Shown in pieces: positions 60,572 through 64,000 of a stretch of 64,000 nt of DNA. The position numbers were made by a program, and so were the translations under genes. The notes below the pieces were generated by a model. It had not been told where the DNA came from and made no database searches. It was given only the letters and a program-made list of their open reading frames with translations. Each line of letters opens with the position of its first letter. Within the stretch, counting starts at the first letter, position 1. Source of the stretch: Zygnema circumcarinatum SAG 698-1b (Eukaryota > Plantae > Zygnematophyceae); contig CM074810.1 in assembly GCA_037447605.1 (NCBI GenBank), forward strand, positions 3,878,880 to 3,942,879, read 5' to 3'.

Positions 60572-60811
60572 AAAGGGCCACAAGGGCCACAAAGAGGCCA
60601 CAAGAGGCCACAAGGGCCACAAAGAGGCCACAAGGGCCTGAGGCCACAAGGGCCTGAGGCCACAAAGAGGCCACAAGGCCTAAAGAGGCCACAAAGAGGC
60701 CACAAGGGCCTGAGGCCACAAGGGCCTGAGGCCACAAGGGCCTGAGGCCACAAGAGGCCACAAGGGCCTGAGGCCACAAGAGGCCACAAGGGCCACAAAG
60801 AGGCCACAAAG
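60572..60811. repeat. Minisatellite of AAG(A/G)GGCCAC and AAGGGCCTGAGGCCAC units
   Basis: Mixed 9-16 bp units next to the gap; the true length is unknown. Confidence 0.9.
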
Positions 60812-61115
60812 GACCAAGTATGGTTAACCGTCTGATTAGGACTGTATTATTTAACTGTTTTTAAGGTGATTGGCTGGGAAAGCAAATCTGAAATGGAGGG
60901 AAGGTGTGTCTCATCCAGCACAGAGGCAGCTTTGTTCAAATGCAAGGGGAAAGAAATGTGTCCACGCATTTAAACTGATAATTCTATCTCAAACAATTGA
61001 CCACAAAATACTCTCATTCGTTCATTGTCAGCTAGTTTACAAAATACATACAATCGCGTGTTCTTAGAACCACTATACATGCAGCCCCACAGAATAGTTA
61101 CATTGACGTTGCTGC

Positions 61116-63281
61116 TCACGAGACCGACATGAGGTGAGCCAAAGCCCGTTCTCTATCGTTGTCATACATGGCCAGTGCGGTTGTGATCGCATCCGAGGGG
61201 AAGCCCATCTCCTGGAGCAAGTCGTATGAAGAACAGAACTCCACTACCTGAAAGACAAAGATGACATCCTTGTCTCAGCACAATCAAAACTTCCCTCACG
61301 TGGAGGAGTTCCAAAAAGCACTCATTCCTTCCTTGCTGAACCGTCGCAATGAACTGAACGGAAGCTCGACTCCAATACCTTTGGCTGCACATCGCCGTAG
61401 GTCGCCACCGCCGTGGCCACCGCATCACGCTGCATGCCCATTTTGGTGTACTTTGCGACTACTGAATCCTCTGCGGAATGTGGAAAGCCTTCCTGAGCAA
61501 CACATACTGCGGCCTTTGTCAATATTTTAAGCACTTCAAGGCTTAATCCCACACAAAACAGCAAACGAACTCCTCCAATGGAAATGGTGTGCTTTTAAAG
61601 ACCGTTGACGGGCAATCATTAGCGTCAAGGTTATCATACCGCTGCATCTGTCAGATATGTTGAGGGCTCGCCCCTCCTGAGAGCACTTTGGCTCGCCATC
61701 TCCCAGTTTTGCTCGTCAGCTTCTTCCAAGATTTTACGCTCCAAATCAAAGTCAAACTGAAAATTGGTGTGAGGTATCTCACCATTTTGAGGTGATAATT
61801 GTACCTGCATGTACCCATGAAAAATAGATTAAATGCTTACAAGACGCAGGTCTGCTTCTTCTGCCCAAACGAGCTCTAAAGAAGACTGGAAGAAGAATCT
61901 GCTTAAGGGTTTTAGGGGTTTTTAGATATTAGGTTCAGCAGAAGCAGCTTCCCAGCAGGTAAACGGATTCGGGAGCCATCACTGTCGGGTTTTGTGGAAA
62001 GTCACATTGGACTTTGGACAACGAGTGAAATTGATTCAACCCATGGCGGTGCCATCACAGTGCAGGAGGGGGAATGCAATACAAGACCAAACTCGTCAAA
62101 CCAGCTATACCAAAAGCGAAACAATGGTAACATAGAAATATGGCATTCCATAACATAATACACAAAAACGGCTGAAATTGTTTTGAATGTGACGTTAACC
62201 AAAGTATCAGTGTTTTTAGACATAGACAGGCAGAAACAAAAAAAACGCCATGTCTGTTCAGTGGAGGTACATAGCAAATCTGTCTGATTTTCGACCGTGT
62301 TCTGCTCAACATGGCCAAAAAAACAACTGCAGGACAGACCTCGACCTTGTATCGACCTGGATGGCAAACAGAGCACGACGAGGCATAAGGAATGCATCTT
62401 CATCAGATTGAGGGACCTGTCATGAAGGAGCACTACGACCTGATCAAAGTCATGAAGGAACTCCTCGGGAAATGGATAAACAACAATCGAGTACAATCGC
62501 AAACAAATAACTCTTTGAGGCAACCTAAGGCTGCAACGATTCCAAAACCCAGAAAAGCAAAACAGGATAATAAAATGAGCATCATCCAAGGAAAATAGAC
62601 ATGAAAGGAATACTCACTGGGGGGGCAATGCGATAGGAAGGCCGAATTCTAACTCTTATCCCCACAGGCCCACCTGTCAATGCCTCACTCCAAGATATGA
62701 AAGGCCCACATAGCCTTTAGTCCCGCATCAACTTTTGCGTTGTTTGGACAGCCTTTACAAGGTTAGCACTATTCATTCTGGAAATTGATAAAGCCCAGCT
62801 TCCTTTTGACATGCAAAACAGGCCATGTGACAACCATTCTCGTGACTTAGGCTGACAAAGAAGGTAACCCTCTGATATGCAACCTCAGTACTTCCATGAT
62901 TCCCCATGCCAGCCCACCCATCTGCTAAGGAAAGATCTAACACTAGGACGGTAAAAGAGAAAGGAAAGATGGTATCTGGGCAAATGTTTTCAGGGTTTTC
63001 CAGCATCTGCAACTTCATCAGCTTTGCTCGCAACGAGATTTCAGAGGCTTAGAATTCCTAGAGCTTCCAGGGGCCGGTGGATAGCAATACATACCATGTG
63101 AAGCCGGAGCAGGAGCAGAAAGAGGTGCGGGAGGGCGCAAGGGCCCCCTCACGGGCTGTGCCACCTGAGGGTACATGCCCGTGGCGGAGGGCGCAGAGGA
63201 ATAGCCTCCTCCTGCGGGCTGCGCGCCCACCTGTGGGTATTCCACCCTTTGAGTGCCATCTCGCCTCCAATACTCCGCCAT
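61116..63281 (-). CDS. UBA-domain protein with a UMA-like motif (UBAP1-like)
   Basis: Pro/Tyr-rich N-terminus MAEYWRRDG...YPQV; GIRVRIRPSYRIAPP|VQL...FQFDFDLERKILEEA; DSVVAKYTKMGMQRDAVATAVATYGD; final UBA LLQEMGFPSDAITTALAMYDNDRERALAHL. Matches the plant At5g53330-type family as I recall it. Confidence 0.88.
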
Positions 63282-64000
63282 CCAAGCAGGGAGGCGGAAC
63301 GCCCTACTGCCACCGAAACGCTGTCGAGTCAATTCACGACTTCCAAGGTTGAAGTGTACCAGTATTCAGCCGTGCTGGACGAAGAACTGCAGACATAGAA
63401 CGTCTCAGCAAAGGCTGGAAAAACTTGGTCATGGCGCTGACAGCAGCAGAATGCGATGCCTCCATAGCGTGATCCAAGTAGAAATCATGCGTCCTTGGTG
63501 TACAGGACGAGGAGTGCATGAACGGAGGTAGAACGAAAGGGGCGAAAGAGGGAGCTGGCGAAGGAGCTAGATAGAGAGAGCGCGAGGAAGAAATGCAAGA
63601 GAAATGAACAGATAGCTGCTGGCAAGAAATAACGGTCGAACAGTTTCTAAATGATCAGGGACGAGAATAAAGATGGGCTACAGATTGTGAAGGGCCAGTA
63701 GAGAAGGAATTACAAACTGCGATGCGGAAGGGAGGTAAACGAAAAGGAAAAAAATCATGAAAAGTAGAATCCTCGAGCAGAAAATGGGAGAAACGAAGAC
63801 GAGAGAAACAGCCTACCTTGGATTCCCCTTGGCGCCTTGTCCCCTGCGAGCGGCAGCCGCAGCGAGAAGAAATACAGATTCCACAAACCTGCAAACCCAA
63901 CATACACTACGGTAATCCTGAAAAGCTTCTGAAAGTCATAACCCTCGGCCGAAGGGTACAAGTACTGCCAAGAACATACGGCAACCCACCGGAGTGCAGA

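Overview
This is intron-rich, gene-dense eukaryotic nuclear DNA, with about 15 protein-coding genes in 64 kb and several head-to-head pairs. The plant-type gene families, high-GC3 exons and (GAGGG)n/(CTGT)n microsatellites suggest a streptophyte green alga, possibly Zygnematophyceae-like (inference). I reconstructed gene models by eye from GT/AG sites and recalled family motifs; no database searches were run. Genes in order: pyruvate dehydrogenase kinase, an unidentified putative mitochondrial protein, TIM8, a plant F-box protein, an atypical CDPK-like kinase, AP-3 delta, organellar EngA/Der GTPase, a KASH-tail protein, a DUF4149-like membrane protein, a TRF4-like nucleotidyltransferase, an alpha/beta-hydrolase lipase, a putative plastid beta-barrel protein, a DAGK/LCBK2-type lipid kinase, a TIGR01589-family protein and a UBA/UMA-like protein. 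Non-autonomous hAT elements are present; two are nested and have exact TIRs and 8-bp TSDs. The most interesting leads are (1) a nuclear gene resembling cyanobacterial SLH-OprB (SomA-type) porins behind a Toc75-like transit peptide plus polyglycine signal, (2) a CDPK-type kinase whose calmodulin domain appears replaced by an ATG8-like domain, (3) a SINE3-like KASH protein, (4) a phased array and promoter clusters of the SBP/CRR1-type CCGTAC motif, and (5) a perfect 27-bp intronic hairpin. No rRNA, tRNA or CRISPR array was found.
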